Of a stretch of DNA of 64,000 nt, positions 11,431 through 23,244 are shown piece by piece. Under the pieces are notes generated by a model, which was given only the letters and a program-made list of their open reading frames with translations, was not told where the DNA came from and did not search any database. The position numbers and the translations under genes were made by a program. Positions within the stretch are counted from its first letter, which is position 1. Every line of letters starts with the position of its first letter. Source of the stretch: Chrysemys picta bellii (Eukaryota); NCBI RefSeq assembly GCF_011386835.1, contig NC_088800.1, forward strand, positions 86,552,001-86,616,000, in the 5' to 3' direction.

Positions 11431-13167
11431 ACATACACAGACCAGTACATACAAAATACATAATGTCCACTCTCAACCATTACCAGAGCCATCCAGACCC
11501 TCAAATGTGTCTGTAATACAGATTCACACAACATGCTGGTGTTGAAAATACATTTTCTGGTCATATTAGAACTAAATTGAAGGCTGCCATCAGCTCGATA
11601 GCATCCTGAGGCCAAGGGCAGAGAGGTGAGGGGGCTGTTGGGAGTATATTGAGGTGGAGCGCAGGGGGGTGTTGGACTAGGATAGTGGAGCAGGGAGCAG
11701 CAGGCCTGGGGGGATGGTATCAGATAGCTTCCTCCTTGCAGACCCTGACAGAGCCAAACCTAAAACACTCCTAGAACCTGATTACCCCTTCACTGAAGTC
11801 AATGGCAGTTACACAATGAGTTGATCAAACCCCCGTATTTCCCTCGGATGTAATCTCAGATGCTAAGCGGAGGCAGTAGCTGGACAGGAAACTTCCAAGG
11901 AAAACACCAAATCTAAAGGAAGCAAGAGTGGTGAGGCAGTGGCATCATGTTGGAGCCACCGCAAACAGTGGTTGTACCAATGCACGGTGGGACCCTTGAA
12001 GTAACTATGCCATATACCCAGCACTGGTCCTGATAACAGGGGCTTTTAAGCAGGCACTGACTTACGAGGACCATTTTAGGTGCAGCACGCAGAACAGGCT
12101 CTAGGCACCAGCAAACCAAGCACGTGTTTGGGGTGGCACAATTCCAGGGGCGCATTCCAGGAGGCACTTCGGCAGTTGCACTCTCAGAGGTTTATTTATT
12201 TATTTGTTGCTTGGGGCGGCAAAAAACCTAGAGCCAGCCCTGACAGCACGTGCAGCTTCCCTGCTACTAGGGAACAGTTGTTATAGATTGTGCTGATCCA
12301 GCTATGCATGAGCTAAAGATTTAATCCCACGTGCAGCAAGGCAGACTGCTACAAACAAAACGTGTCAGAGTAGGACAGCTGCTGCCAATCTTTTTAGTTT
12401 CAGGCCTTGGGGTAGGAATGCTGGCATACATGCCTTAGGTAACATCCCTTAGGGCTCACGCTATTCCACTTCTCTACATTCCCCCGGAAGTTGCAGGAAG
12501 CCTGCTTCCTTCACCTCGTCCTAAACCCCATGCATAGGACGGTTTGTTAAACAGCTGCTGCCCTCCAAGTGGCTGCATTTCAGTAAAGCCAGGTCTTTGC
12601 CTGCACAGTCTAGTGAGGGAAGCGCTTGGAATGAAAGGCCCTCGGTAACTAAAATCACGTCGTCTCTTTAACAACCCTTTGAGAGGACAGATGCCATTTG
12701 AGCCATAACCAGCTTCAGGCAGAGCGACTCCCAGCGGGCTGAGTTCAGTCCGACGCAGAATTGTGAAGCTGAAATACAGTTTGAGATAGCAAGCTGTGAA
12801 AACAAACACCTACCCCGTTAAGGAACCCTTGTGGGGCAGGCGTAGGCTCCAGTTTATTTCCCAGCCGCCTACCATCCTGAATGTCAGAGGAAAATAAATA
12901 ATCAGGTGACACTTTCTTGGCTCTCAGCCGCGTGGTGCCCCTGGGACAGATGAAAGTGGTTCTTGGCTCAGAGGAAAAAGCTGTGTAGTATCCGGCAACA
13001 ACTTTCAGCTCTGTCTTGGGAGAGATTTCAAACAAGCCCCTCAGGCTGAGATGAGTCTGTTTACAATAGCACTGATCCGATTCTGCATGTCAGCAGCAAG
13101 AAAATCATTCCCTTTATTTTCTATCAGGTAAGTACAATCAGTTTGAAACTAACATTTACTTTTAACA

Positions 13168-13390
13168 CAGGGGTTCTCAAACTGGGAGTCAGGAGCCCTC
13201 AGGGGATCACAAGATTACATAGGGAGGGGGGGTCACAAGCTGTCAATCTCCACCCCAAACCCCGCTTTGCCTCCAGCATTTATAATGGTGTTAAATATAT
13301 AAAAATGTGTTTTTAATTTATAAGGAGGGGTTGCACCCAGAGGCTTGCTATGGGAAAGGGGTCACCAGTACAAAAGTTTGAGAACCACTG
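13168..13390 (+). mobile_element. hAT-type MITE, complete
   Basis: TIRs CAGGGGTTCTCAAAC / GTTTGAGAACCACTG; 8-bp TSD ttttaaca / tttcaaca (1 mismatch). Confidence 0.85.
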
Positions 13391-14389
13391 TTTCAACACA
13401 AGTTTATTTAATAAACACATTAAACAGTGGGAAAGAATCAAGTTTATTGGAAAGAAAGCAGACACTGAGCTTACCGAGCCATGAAAAGGGAAAGTGATCA
13501 CTCAGGCAGTAGAGAGTACAAGTTCTTTTAATAAGCCAATTTTAATACAAGTTGTACAAAGATATAAGACCCATCTCTGGGCATTCTGAAACTGCAAGGA
13601 ATGGTGGGCTCATTACACGGTTACCTACAGTGGTCTTAGTGCCAACCGCAGCCCCCATTCATTGAGCCATTGTATTCTTTATAGTCTATGTGGCCAGACT
13701 TAGGAGATGCTTTTGTCACATAGAGGCAGGCAGCAGGCTTAGATTTGGACGAGACCCTGTACAAAGTTGTTACAAGCACACGTTGAAGCCCTCTAGGACG
13801 GGTTAGAAATAATGAAGTGTTTATACATATAGTTCTACAAAACAAGGGGATATGATTTGAATTTCACTGCCAGGCACAGGATGTTGACCGTAAACTACTG
13901 CATCCTAACTGTGCTTAGTAAAGCATCTTATTTAACACTGCACGGGGGCCCTGTGAAGATGGGCGCTTTCTGTGCAAGACCAACTACTTTAAACACCTTG
14001 TCTAGTACCGTGGCTGTTTTAATATCAGCTAAGATCACTCAGTCACAGAGGCTCGGGACAGGGATCCACAGGCAATCCCAAGCAGCAGAATAAACCCAGA
14101 GCCATGGGACTAGCAGTCAAATGCATGGTGTCACTACACTTGTACACTTTCTGAAGATATGCCCCAAGAGCTTTTCCAAGACTTCGGAGGAGCTACCTTG
14201 AACCGAGATGCTGAAGGCCTAGAACAGTTGGAGCCTGGCCTACCACTCACCATTGAGGAGCCAGAACATTGTCCCAAAGGGGCAGATTTAGCACTTTAAA
14301 AATGGCCAAAGCCAGTGCTGGAGACTTTTATACATTAAACAAATTATTCTGGACCACTGACAAAGGGATTGTAGAACAAAATCACCAAG

Positions 14390-14551
14390 ACAACAATGGT
14401 CTTCTATATTTATTGTTTTAAAGGCCAATACATATTTAGACGACGTTAAATACAATGTCCAACAGAACTACTGCAGCACTGGTACCGTAATGTGCGCTTA
14501 CAGTCACCGACCGCTGAGATCATCCCAGTCTGCACGGTAGAAGAGAATTTC
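14390..14551 (-). other. NDUFAB1: NDUFAB1 non-coding terminal exon (3' UTR) with poly(A) signal
   Basis: Donor GTAAGT 20 nt after the stop codon (15118); acceptor ttttttaacAG at 14553-14552; AATAAA on minus at 14414-14409; left boundary approximate. Confidence 0.65.
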
Positions 14552-15138
14552 CTGTTAAAAAAGCCACACAGATTTGGTGTTTCAGAGCTCAAAAGTTACC
14601 TTGTATAATAAAACGTGCAAGAAAAGGGACCTGACAAGGACACATGACCAGCATGGAACAGCACTGCCAAAGGAATCTGGAGAGTCCGTGGCAAGGCTTA
14701 GCTCTGGGGAGATTGCCATTCTCCAATCACGGCACAGTTCAAGCAGCAGGAGCAGCTGTGCATGCTTCCTCCACGCTGCCCTGCCGTGCTCCTCAGCCCT
14801 GCCGTGGGGAGAGAGGGGGGCTTAGGCAGCATTCAGTCCTTGGCACTCTGGTGGGACTGCAGTTTGTGCTGGTATTTTCCCCTGATGTATACAGCTGGGA
14901 ACTGGGCTGAGGCAACAAGCTCATTTCACCATGACAGCAGACTTGCCGTCTGCCACCAAAATCTGGGCTAGATCCCATCTCAATGCCTTGCCTATGTCAT
15001 AGCGCTGACTACATTATACAGTATAGGAAGAAGGTATTTCTCATCTCCGCTGACTCCAGGGTGATTTTACACTGCCTGGCCATTACGGCTACTTACATAA
15101 ACGTAAGTTTCTACTTACTCCACTTCAAAGAAATGTCT

Positions 15139-15303
<165 letters not shown>

Positions 15304-15502
15304 TCAGACGCCTGTGCCTTGGCTCTGTGGGCAACCCACGGGCAGGGGTCGCTGTTCAGCAGTGCAGGCAGATTTGGCACCTCTTATTACTAAAGCTGTG
15401 TTTCCAAGCCTGCTGTGCCGTCCCCAGCAGCAGAACATTAGGCAGAACTAGCAGTTCCTGCAGATTGCGAAGCCTCACTAACAGAGTCAGCACCCTTCCA
15501 AG

Positions 15503-15727
15503 AAGCAACAGAGAGTCCTGTGGCACCTTTAAGGCTAACGGATGTATTGGAGCATAAGCTTTCGTGGGTGAATGTCCACTTCAGACGCAAGACCTCCGTC
15601 TGATGAAGTGGGCATTCACCCACGAAAGCTTATGCTCCAATACATCCGTTAGTCTTAAAGGTGCCACAGGACTCTCTGTTGCTTTTTACAGATCCAGACT
15701 AACACAGCTACCCCTCTGATACTTGAT
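15503..15727. mobile_element. Penelope-like retroelement end with inverted duplication and hammerhead core, in NDUFAB1 intron 3
   Basis: ~85-bp inverted arms (15503-15587 / 15597-15684); 11-bp TSD ACCCTTCCAAG at 15492-15502 and 15728-15738; same family as 19938-20108. The Penelope assignment is inferred from the hammerhead type. Confidence 0.75.
15597..15634 (+). ncRNA. Minimal type I hammerhead ribozyme motif (3-bp stem I)
   Basis: CGU-CUGAUGA-A-GUGGG/CAUUCA/CCCAC-GAA-AGCU-U^AUG. Confidence 0.6.
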
Positions 15728-16789
15728 ACCCTTCCAAGCACAGTTCAAGCTTCTATTGGACTCCCAGAGCTCTGAAACCAACTCTGATGTGCAACAGCTG
15801 TGAGCTGGCAAGGCAGTGGGCTAGTTACATGCAAGGGAGAACCCAAAGCATCACAGTTTGTTTCACAGTCTTCTATCAAGTGTCATTATAGCAAGTAGCC
15901 ATAAAGTTCACCAGGTTAGGGCCCGCTGGGGCTTGAAGCAGTAGAACTGGGCGCTACAACATTTTCTAGAAAATTCTGGCATTTCTATTTCTAAGTCCTG
16001 CTAGCTGCAAGTTAATCCCACCCCCAAATGTAAACAAGTGCAGTGATTAAATATATCTGGGCAATGTGCAAGGCAGAATGCCTCCAATTAAAGTGTAGAT
16101 GTTCTACTACCCTTTATTTTTTACACTATTGGGATTTATATGCAGTGAATATAAATGCCATATTTGGCCTCATATGGCACAATTTTTTGTTAAATTATGT
16201 CTATATTTCAGCATTTTGCTTTTTATCTGAAGCAATGAAAAGGACTCCGAGATATGAAGTACAAAGGAGTCTGGAATACAATAAAATGAAGGAAACAAAA
16301 GGTGGTTTTAGCAGGGCCAGATGAAGAGATTAAAGAATTGTTAGAAGCTAAGGTTGGAGAAGTCTAATACAATTCTCACCTCCAGAGCACACAAGAGAAT
16401 GTGGATGTATTGGACAGCAGTCTTGTGTCTAGTGTGCTCATTTGCATTTCATTACCCTGAATGCTCTGTTGGCTCCTAGCCATGCTACACTACAGCTAAT
16501 TCCCTAGGAAGGTTTTGAGGCAGGGACTTGAAGATGCACCAAACTGAAGCTATGGAAACCTTAATTTCCACTTCAGACAGGAGGTGCAGAAGCCACAAGA
16601 ATAAAATAAATCCCTGAGAGTTAGAGATACTTACATTGCTCAGAGAGCAAAACAGCTTTCTTTAGGTTGTGGAAGTTAAGTCAACGTTCAATATTCATAT
16701 TGAGCTTATGGAAATAAAAGAACTAAGATTTTGTTTGCAGTAAGCACATTTCGGGGGTCAATCAAGACAACAGCAGATCTCTCTCTCTT

Positions 16790-17025
16790 AAGTACCTACA
16801 TGGCCCCATTACCAAAGCAGCTGAGCATCTCACAGTCCTTAGTATATTTATCCTCACACCACCACCAGGAGATACGGAAATATTAGCCACACTGTACAGA
16901 TTAGAACTGAGGCAGAGCTAAGCGACTTGCCAAGGTTACACAGAAGCTGGTGGTACAGCAGGTCTTGAAGCTAGTTCTCCCACGTCCTAGGCTAGCCCTC
17001 TAACCACTGGACAATCCTTCCTCTC
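16790..17025 (-). mobile_element. tRNA-derived CORE-type SINE
   Basis: Reverse complement begins ggagaggaaggattgtccagtggttag (A box), then a CORE-like gtaaccttggcaagtcgcttag...ctgcctcag segment; same family as 45636. Confidence 0.6.
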
Positions 17026-17066
17026 CATAGGGAAGGATAGGGAGAACAGACATCACATAAACTTCA

Positions 17067-17210
<144 letters not shown>

Positions 17211-17774
17211 CTAGGGTAGGAAAAGTTAGAATATCAGGATGTGCCCCCACTTGGAGTTTACAGCCTACCCAGTGGTTTTGGCCTTTACCGTCCCTCTGCC
17301 AAACATGTTTTTAACTGAAAAGATATGAGTTTCTCCACTATCTAGTCAATACATATCATTATCCACATAACTAAGCCTTCTCGAGACTTAAAAATAACAA
17401 ATGTCTGTAGTAAAAAAAAGTTAACATATGAAGGGGCAATTTGACTACTGAGCAGTCTCTTAACATCTTTCCTGAGATGAAAAACTGCTCCATTAACAGT
17501 AACTGTTCAGAGAAACAGAATTTCCTGTTTCCTGACTGCCCCTGGATGCTGACTTGGTTTATTAATCCAAAGGCCTTAACTTCCTGGACCTTGTCACCAC
17601 TCATCTGTTATAGCATATCAGTTTGTGTGTGTACATGCTATAGAATTACCCCCCATGCTGCAGAATTACAGACTGTATCCTTCTGCAAGGCACACACTGA
17701 CAGGTTTGGGTCTCCCTTCTTTTATGGTGGCCTGGAGGAGCAACTCCATTTGTTACCATAACTGTTTTCTTTCA

Positions 17775-17942
<168 letters not shown>

Positions 17943-18479
17943 CTACAAGAAAAGCACAGGAATTCCTTACAAAACCACCAGGACAATCTGCACATAAATA
18001 CATGTATGAACCGATCCTTCACAGAGTCACTCCGAATGAAGGGGCCTGCACAGCACTTACCCCAGTCTGACTCTGAGACAGGATTCTCTCTTTTACACCT
18101 TCCCTTTTGTATAGTGGACAAAACCCTCTCCAGGCAATCCCTGAAGGTGGCAGACAATGCATTCTCTGTGATAAGAGAACTCCATAATCAGCCAAGCCAC
18201 GCATAGGCAGCAGGCTCAATCCCACATAAGAGAAAGGGAAATAGCAGCATGTGCTAGCAAGCTCCTCTTCGACAGAGCCGCTGCTCCTGTCAGCCACAAA
18301 AGATGACAACCATGACATGGTGGCCTGCACATGGGAGGTAGGGATGGAGAAGCCATACCGCCCACCGCTGGAGAGTGGAGCAGGCTCGGCTCTCCCTCAG
18401 CGCAGCGGCCCAGGCCTGAGACCCAGCTGCAGAAATATCCTGTCTCCCAGGGTGGGCAGCCTCAGAGAACTGGGCTAGA

Positions 18480-19245
18480 AACGCGGCAGCTGGGAACGGG
18501 GGGATAATCCACCTTCACGCCAGCCATGGCGGGTACTGGCGGGTACTGGCGAGCCTGGCTTAGCCCCGAAGGGTTCGGGTTCAGGTCCCTGCTCTGACGG
18601 GCCAGCTCGACCCGTGGGAACTCCGGCGAGCCCCGCTCGAACCCCGCGCGGACACACCATGTTTATTCACGGGATCGGCAAACAAGGCCCGCAGATGTGC
18701 GGGGCTCTCCCGGCTGTACCGGCCTCTGGCTGGCAACCGCCTCGCCCGGGCCCGGGCCACACCGACCTGACCGGGCCGCGGAGCCCGGGGCCGGGCCCAG
18801 GGTCACCTCTGGCCGGGACAGGGCGGGGAGCTCCCCGCTTCCCCAGCCCCGCCCGCCGCTGGGCGGGTCCCTGGGGGAGGAGCGCGGCGGCGGGGCCCGG
18901 CCTCGGGGGGGCTCCCCCGGGCTCCCCCCGCCAGCCCCGAGCGCGGGCCGAGCCTCACCTGGGGGCCCGGCGCTGCGCGGGCGGGCGGCCGGCGGCTGCA
19001 GAGGGCGCTGAGCCCGGCGGGGCTGGGGCCGGCGCTACGGGCCGCGAGCGGGGTCAGCCGGGGCAGGAGGCGGCGGACACAGGCGGACAGGACACGGGCC
19101 GCCATGGCGTCCTGCTACCCAGCGTGCGCCGCGCGGGGCCGCACATATCCCGGCAAGCCCCGCGCGCGGAGGGAAGGGGAGGGCGTCGCAGCGAGCGGCC
19201 GGCAGCGCCCCCTGGCGGGCGGGCGGGGAAACTGCGCCGCGCACA
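18480..19245 (-). promoter_or_regulatory. CpG island over the NDUFAB1 promoter and exon 1
   Basis: High GC/CpG density around ATG 19105. Confidence 0.7.
18959..19105 (-). CDS. NDUFAB1: NDUFAB1 coding exon 1 (mitochondrial targeting peptide); full protein is the 148-aa mitochondrial acyl carrier protein
   Basis: MAARVLSACVRRLLPRL..., Arg-rich and acid-free presequence; strong Kozak GCCATGG; donor CAG|GTGAGG; 147+120+88+92 = 447 nt. Confidence 0.93.
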
Positions 19246-19650
19246 CCCTGCAGGGACCCTCCTCCCCTGGGGCCACCCCCCCCCCCCGCAGGGATCCTGC
19301 TCCCCCAGGCCAGGGACTGCCCTACACCCCACCCCCCCGCAGGGACCCTCCTCCCCTGGGGCCACCCCCCCGCAGGGACCCTCCTCCCCCAGGCCAGGGG
19401 CTGCCCTACACACCCCCACCCGCAGGGACCCTCCTCCCCTGGGGCCACGCCCCCTCCGCAGGGATCCTGCTCCCCTGGGGCCACTCCCCCCCGCAGGGAC
19501 CCTCCTCCCCTGGGGCCACCCCCCCCCCCCCGCAGGGATCCTGCTCCCCTGGGGCCACCCCCACCCCCCGCAGGGATCCTGCTCCCCAAGGCCAGGGACT
19601 GCCCTACACACACACCCTGCAGGGACCCTCCACCCCTGGGGCCAGGCCCT
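19244..19650. repeat. C-rich minisatellite upstream of NDUFAB1 (10 units of ~33-50 bp)
   Basis: 10 copies of CAGGGA(C/T)CCT..CCCC followed by TGGGGCCACCCC or CAGGCCAGGGRCTGCCCTACAC; ACACCCTGCAGGGACCCTCC brackets both ends. Confidence 0.9.
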
Positions 19651-19937
19651 GCCTCAGGAACCTAGAGCCTGTGGGGGGAGACCAAGGGTGAGAGGAGCAC
19701 AGGTTACATACACTGCATCCTGCCCACACTGGGGAGTTTCACACCGGCCCCCCTAGCACTGCCCAGCTACTGCAGGGGTTTGCGTTGGTGCGACAAGCCC
19801 CAGCCCAGATAAGTGTTTCTAAGAGCACCCGTAGCCTCTGCCCCATGCACCTCTGGAGTGAGGAGTGGGGCACAGTTTGGCCACCAGTTAAAAGCATCAT
19901 CAGAATCAGCTACAGTGTTAGATCCACAAAGAGATTA

Positions 19938-20108
19938 GGTTTCAGAGTGGTAGCTGTGTTAGTCTGTATCTGCAAAAACAACAAAGAGTCCTTGTGGCAC
20001 CTTAGAGACTAACATTTATTTGGGCATAAGCTTTCGTGGGCTACAGCCCACTTCATCAGATGCATGGAGTGAAAAATAGAGTAAGAAGAATATATATTAT
20101 AGCACATG
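19938..20108 (-). mobile_element. Penelope-like retroelement terminal fragment
   Basis: gtttcagagtggtagctgtgttagtctgtatc...gtggcaccttagagactaac...gcataagctttcgtgggctacagcccacttcatcagatgc; related copies at 15503 and 52780. Confidence 0.7.
20024..20063 (-). ncRNA. Minimal type I hammerhead ribozyme motif (intact core)
   Basis: GCAU-CUGAUGA-A-GUGGGC/UGUA/GCCCAC-GAA-AGCU-U^AUGC: 4-bp stem I, 6-bp stem II, palindromic AGCU in place of stem III. Confidence 0.75.
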
Positions 20109-20164
20109 ACCCAGCCAAGAACATCTCTTATCTCCCCCCCACACACACCTTTTCATTTTTTTTC

Positions 20165-20954
20165 TTCATCCTCCTCCTATATTATAAATAATGGGAAGTA
20201 AATGAAAATAAAGTGAGGTACCTTGATTGGGGCAGGGGGTTGGGGTGCAGGAGGGGATGCGGGGGCCAGGATCTGGGAGGAAATTAGGGTGCTGGGTGTG
20301 GACTCTGGGCTGGGGCAGTGGATTGGGAGGGGTGAGAGCTCTGGGAGGAAGTTCGGGTGCGGGGTGCAGGCTCTGGGTCGGGGGTTGGAGTGCAGGATGG
20401 GGACAGTGAGTGGCACTTATCTCAAGCAGCGCGGCTCCCAAAGCGACCAGCACACACACACCTCCGGCAGTGGCTCCTAGGCGGGCAGGGGAGGGGGGGC
20501 AATGGGAGCTGCAGTCAGCGCTCGGGGCAGGGGCAGTGTAGAGACACACCCTCCCCACACACACCCCAGGGGCCGCAGGGACATGCTGGCCGCTTCCAGG
20601 AGTGAGGCAGAGCGGGCAGGGATCTGTTTTAGCCCTGCTGCTGACACATCTCTGCATGCCCCTTGGGGTGAGGGGGACAGCGGGTCTCCATGCGCTGCCC
20701 GGGGTGGGGCAGCACACGGAGTCGCCTCCCCATCCCTCCCCCCCCCCCCCCCCACCAGGGGCACAGAGACGTGCCAGCAGCCATCCACTTCTGGGAGCGG
20801 TGTGGGGCTACTGACCACGGCATGCAGGTAGCCTGTCTAGCTGAGCCCTGCTGCACCACCAGCCAGGACTCAGGGGCAGGTTGTCAGATATTTGTCCTGC
20901 ATTTTGGGGGCCCCCGTGCCACCGCATGGTTTGTTTCATGGTAAATCCACTCCT
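20165..20954. mobile_element. Probable non-autonomous DNA transposon remnant (GC-rich interior)
   Basis: GC-rich block ending in the TIR-like GTAAATCCACTCCTG; no left TIR found; boundaries approximate. Confidence 0.4.
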
Positions 20955-20958
20955 GGGG

Positions 20959-21341
20959 CAGTGGTTCTCAAACAGGAATACATGTACCCCTGGGGGTACG
21001 CAGAAGTCAGCCAGGGGGTACATCAACTCATCTAGATCTTTGCCTAGTTTTACAACAGGCTTCATAAAAAGCCTAGCAAAGTCAGTACAAACTAAAATTT
21101 CATACAACTTAACTGCTCTTTATACGATACACTGAAATGTAAGTAAAATATTTATATTCCAATTGATTTATTTTGTAATTATAAAGTAAAAATGAGAAAG
21201 TAATCAATTTTTCAGTAATAGTGTGTAGTGACACTTTTATATGTTAAAATGTCTGATTTTGTAAGCACGTAGTTTTTAAGTGAGGTGAAACTTGCGGATA
21301 CGCAACACAAATCAGTCGTCTGGAAAGTTTGAGCGCCACTG
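20959..21341 (+). mobile_element. hAT-type MITE
   Basis: TIRs CAGTGGTTCTCAAAC / GTTTGAGCGCCACTG; TSD not preserved. Confidence 0.7.
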
Positions 21342-21759
21342 ACTTAGGTCAGTTGAGCTACGTCATCCAGGGCTGTAAAAAATTTCATGCCCTGTTGTGC
21401 ACCATAGTCAGGTCACCCTAACCCCCACTGTAGATGTGGCTAGGTCAATGGAAGAATTCTTCTAACCTACTGCCTCTCAGAGATGTGGATTAGCTACACT
21501 GATGGAAAAACCCCATTTTTTGATAAGAGGAAGTGTCTATACTACAGTGGCATAACTGCAGCATACCCCTAATGCCACTAAATCCTTGACACAGGCGCCT
21601 CAAACTAGGCAATCCTCCACTTATCTCACCTGCAGGGTCCAATCCGTGGGCAGCCTCTGAGAACACCTGCTGGATTGGGTCTGCACAAAACAGCCAGGGC
21701 CCTGCTACTACTCAGAGCTTGCCCAGAGAGGCAAGAGCCTGGTGGAATCATTCACTACT

Positions 21760-22500
21760 CAAAGACTACTGATTGTATTAACTTTATGAATGTTCTATAT
21801 CTATTTATGGGCTTGTTAGTGATTGTATTCCTGGCTTAATGGGTGAACTAAAGATTGTTTCCTTCAAGAACTAAAGACACTGAGGGAGGGGAGTAATCAG
21901 TGCAAATCCCCAATACCAAACCAATGCAGGTAGCAAGCTTTGCCCCCCGGGGAAATAGCATAGGCAGGTTTGACCTAGTTCAAGAGGTTTCAAAAGACAA
22001 AGGACTTAAAACTGCATAAAATATCAGCCTTGACCTGAGGAGGGCTCCAGGGGCACTGCATCCGAGGACTGACAGACATGAGATGGTGACCAGAAACAGG
22101 CCCTGTTGGAGGACCTGAAGTTCTTTCAAACCTGCCAGGGTCTCTCAGTGGAAGATGGTTACCTGTTACACCAGTGGTGTGTATACATAGTTTATTGCTT
22201 TTAAGATATGGTTCCTCTGAAACACTTTTGTTCTGGATAAATATAGTACTTTGCTTTATGAGACCTGGCTGGTCACTGAATAACCTTGTCATTAACTGCA
22301 AGAGCTGAGCTGAAGTCAGACCTGCTGAGAGGATCAGTGAATCACAGAAGTCTGCAGTCTAAGATGCCAGGGTCTGGAGGGAGTGAATCACAAAATTCCA
22401 CCCTGAGAATGGTGATAGTTATAGGCCTGAGACCTAAGTGAGGTGCCCAGAAGGAGGCCACGAGGGGGTCAGAGAAGCAGTTAATTCAGGAATTGTGACA
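21760..22500. mobile_element. Possible degenerate solo LTR
   Basis: LTR-like composition, ends ...TTGTGACA; no 5' TG end or TSD identified. Confidence 0.3.
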
Positions 22501-23244
22501 CCGGGGGGGGGGGGGGGGGAGGTGTCTCTAAATTACCACAAGAGGGCCGATTAGTTGTGACGTGGACACCTGCCCAATGGAGACTGCACTTGGGCACCAA
22601 CCAATGTCCTACAGCCACCAAACAGTTGCTAGAGATAGCGAGAAAGCCATCACCAAAATCTGAGCTGCAGCTGAACCCAATGCACGAGAAGCAAAAGACT
22701 ATTCCTACACCTGAAGGCAGCAGGATGGAGGTGTTCTTTCACAGTGGCTTGACTGGGCAGGATTGGACTATGGCTGGATGGCAGAGGTTCTCTCCTGCTG
22801 TTCTCATCAATGCAGAATGACCTAGCGCTAGCTATGTTGAGATCACGGAATATATCACTGTCCACAATTGCTGAAATAAAATTTTTTACTAAGGAAATTA
22901 GCGACACAAAAATCACTTCAGCTAGAAGCACGGCAGAGTTTACAAAAATAAAGTTTAATAGCATCTTACATCTAGATAATCCACTGAAAGTGCTTTTCAC
23001 AATGAAATATACAAACCCTGAATGCAAACGGGTAGATCTAGCTAATCACTGTTAAACAGTGCCATTGGCTTCACAGATCTAGTGAGCAAGACAAGACACA
23101 TTCAAAGTCAGCCAGGTTGACCAGCATCATCTCACAGACCTTGTGAACCTGACTTAAAGTGGGAAAAAAACAGTTTACTTGTGGGAAAGTGAACAGATGA
23201 ACCTGAGGAATCTTTCTTCAACACAAGATCCTATCCAGCTCAAT

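Noticed and set aside
18614-19756. 380-aa plus-strand ORF and overlapping ORFs
   Set aside because: CpG island plus VNTR artefact; the real coding part is NDUFAB1 exon 1 on the minus strand
22503-22519. Long G homopolymers (here G17; also about G16 at 59757)
   Set aside because: Simple mononucleotide runs with no supporting structure; lengths are unreliable
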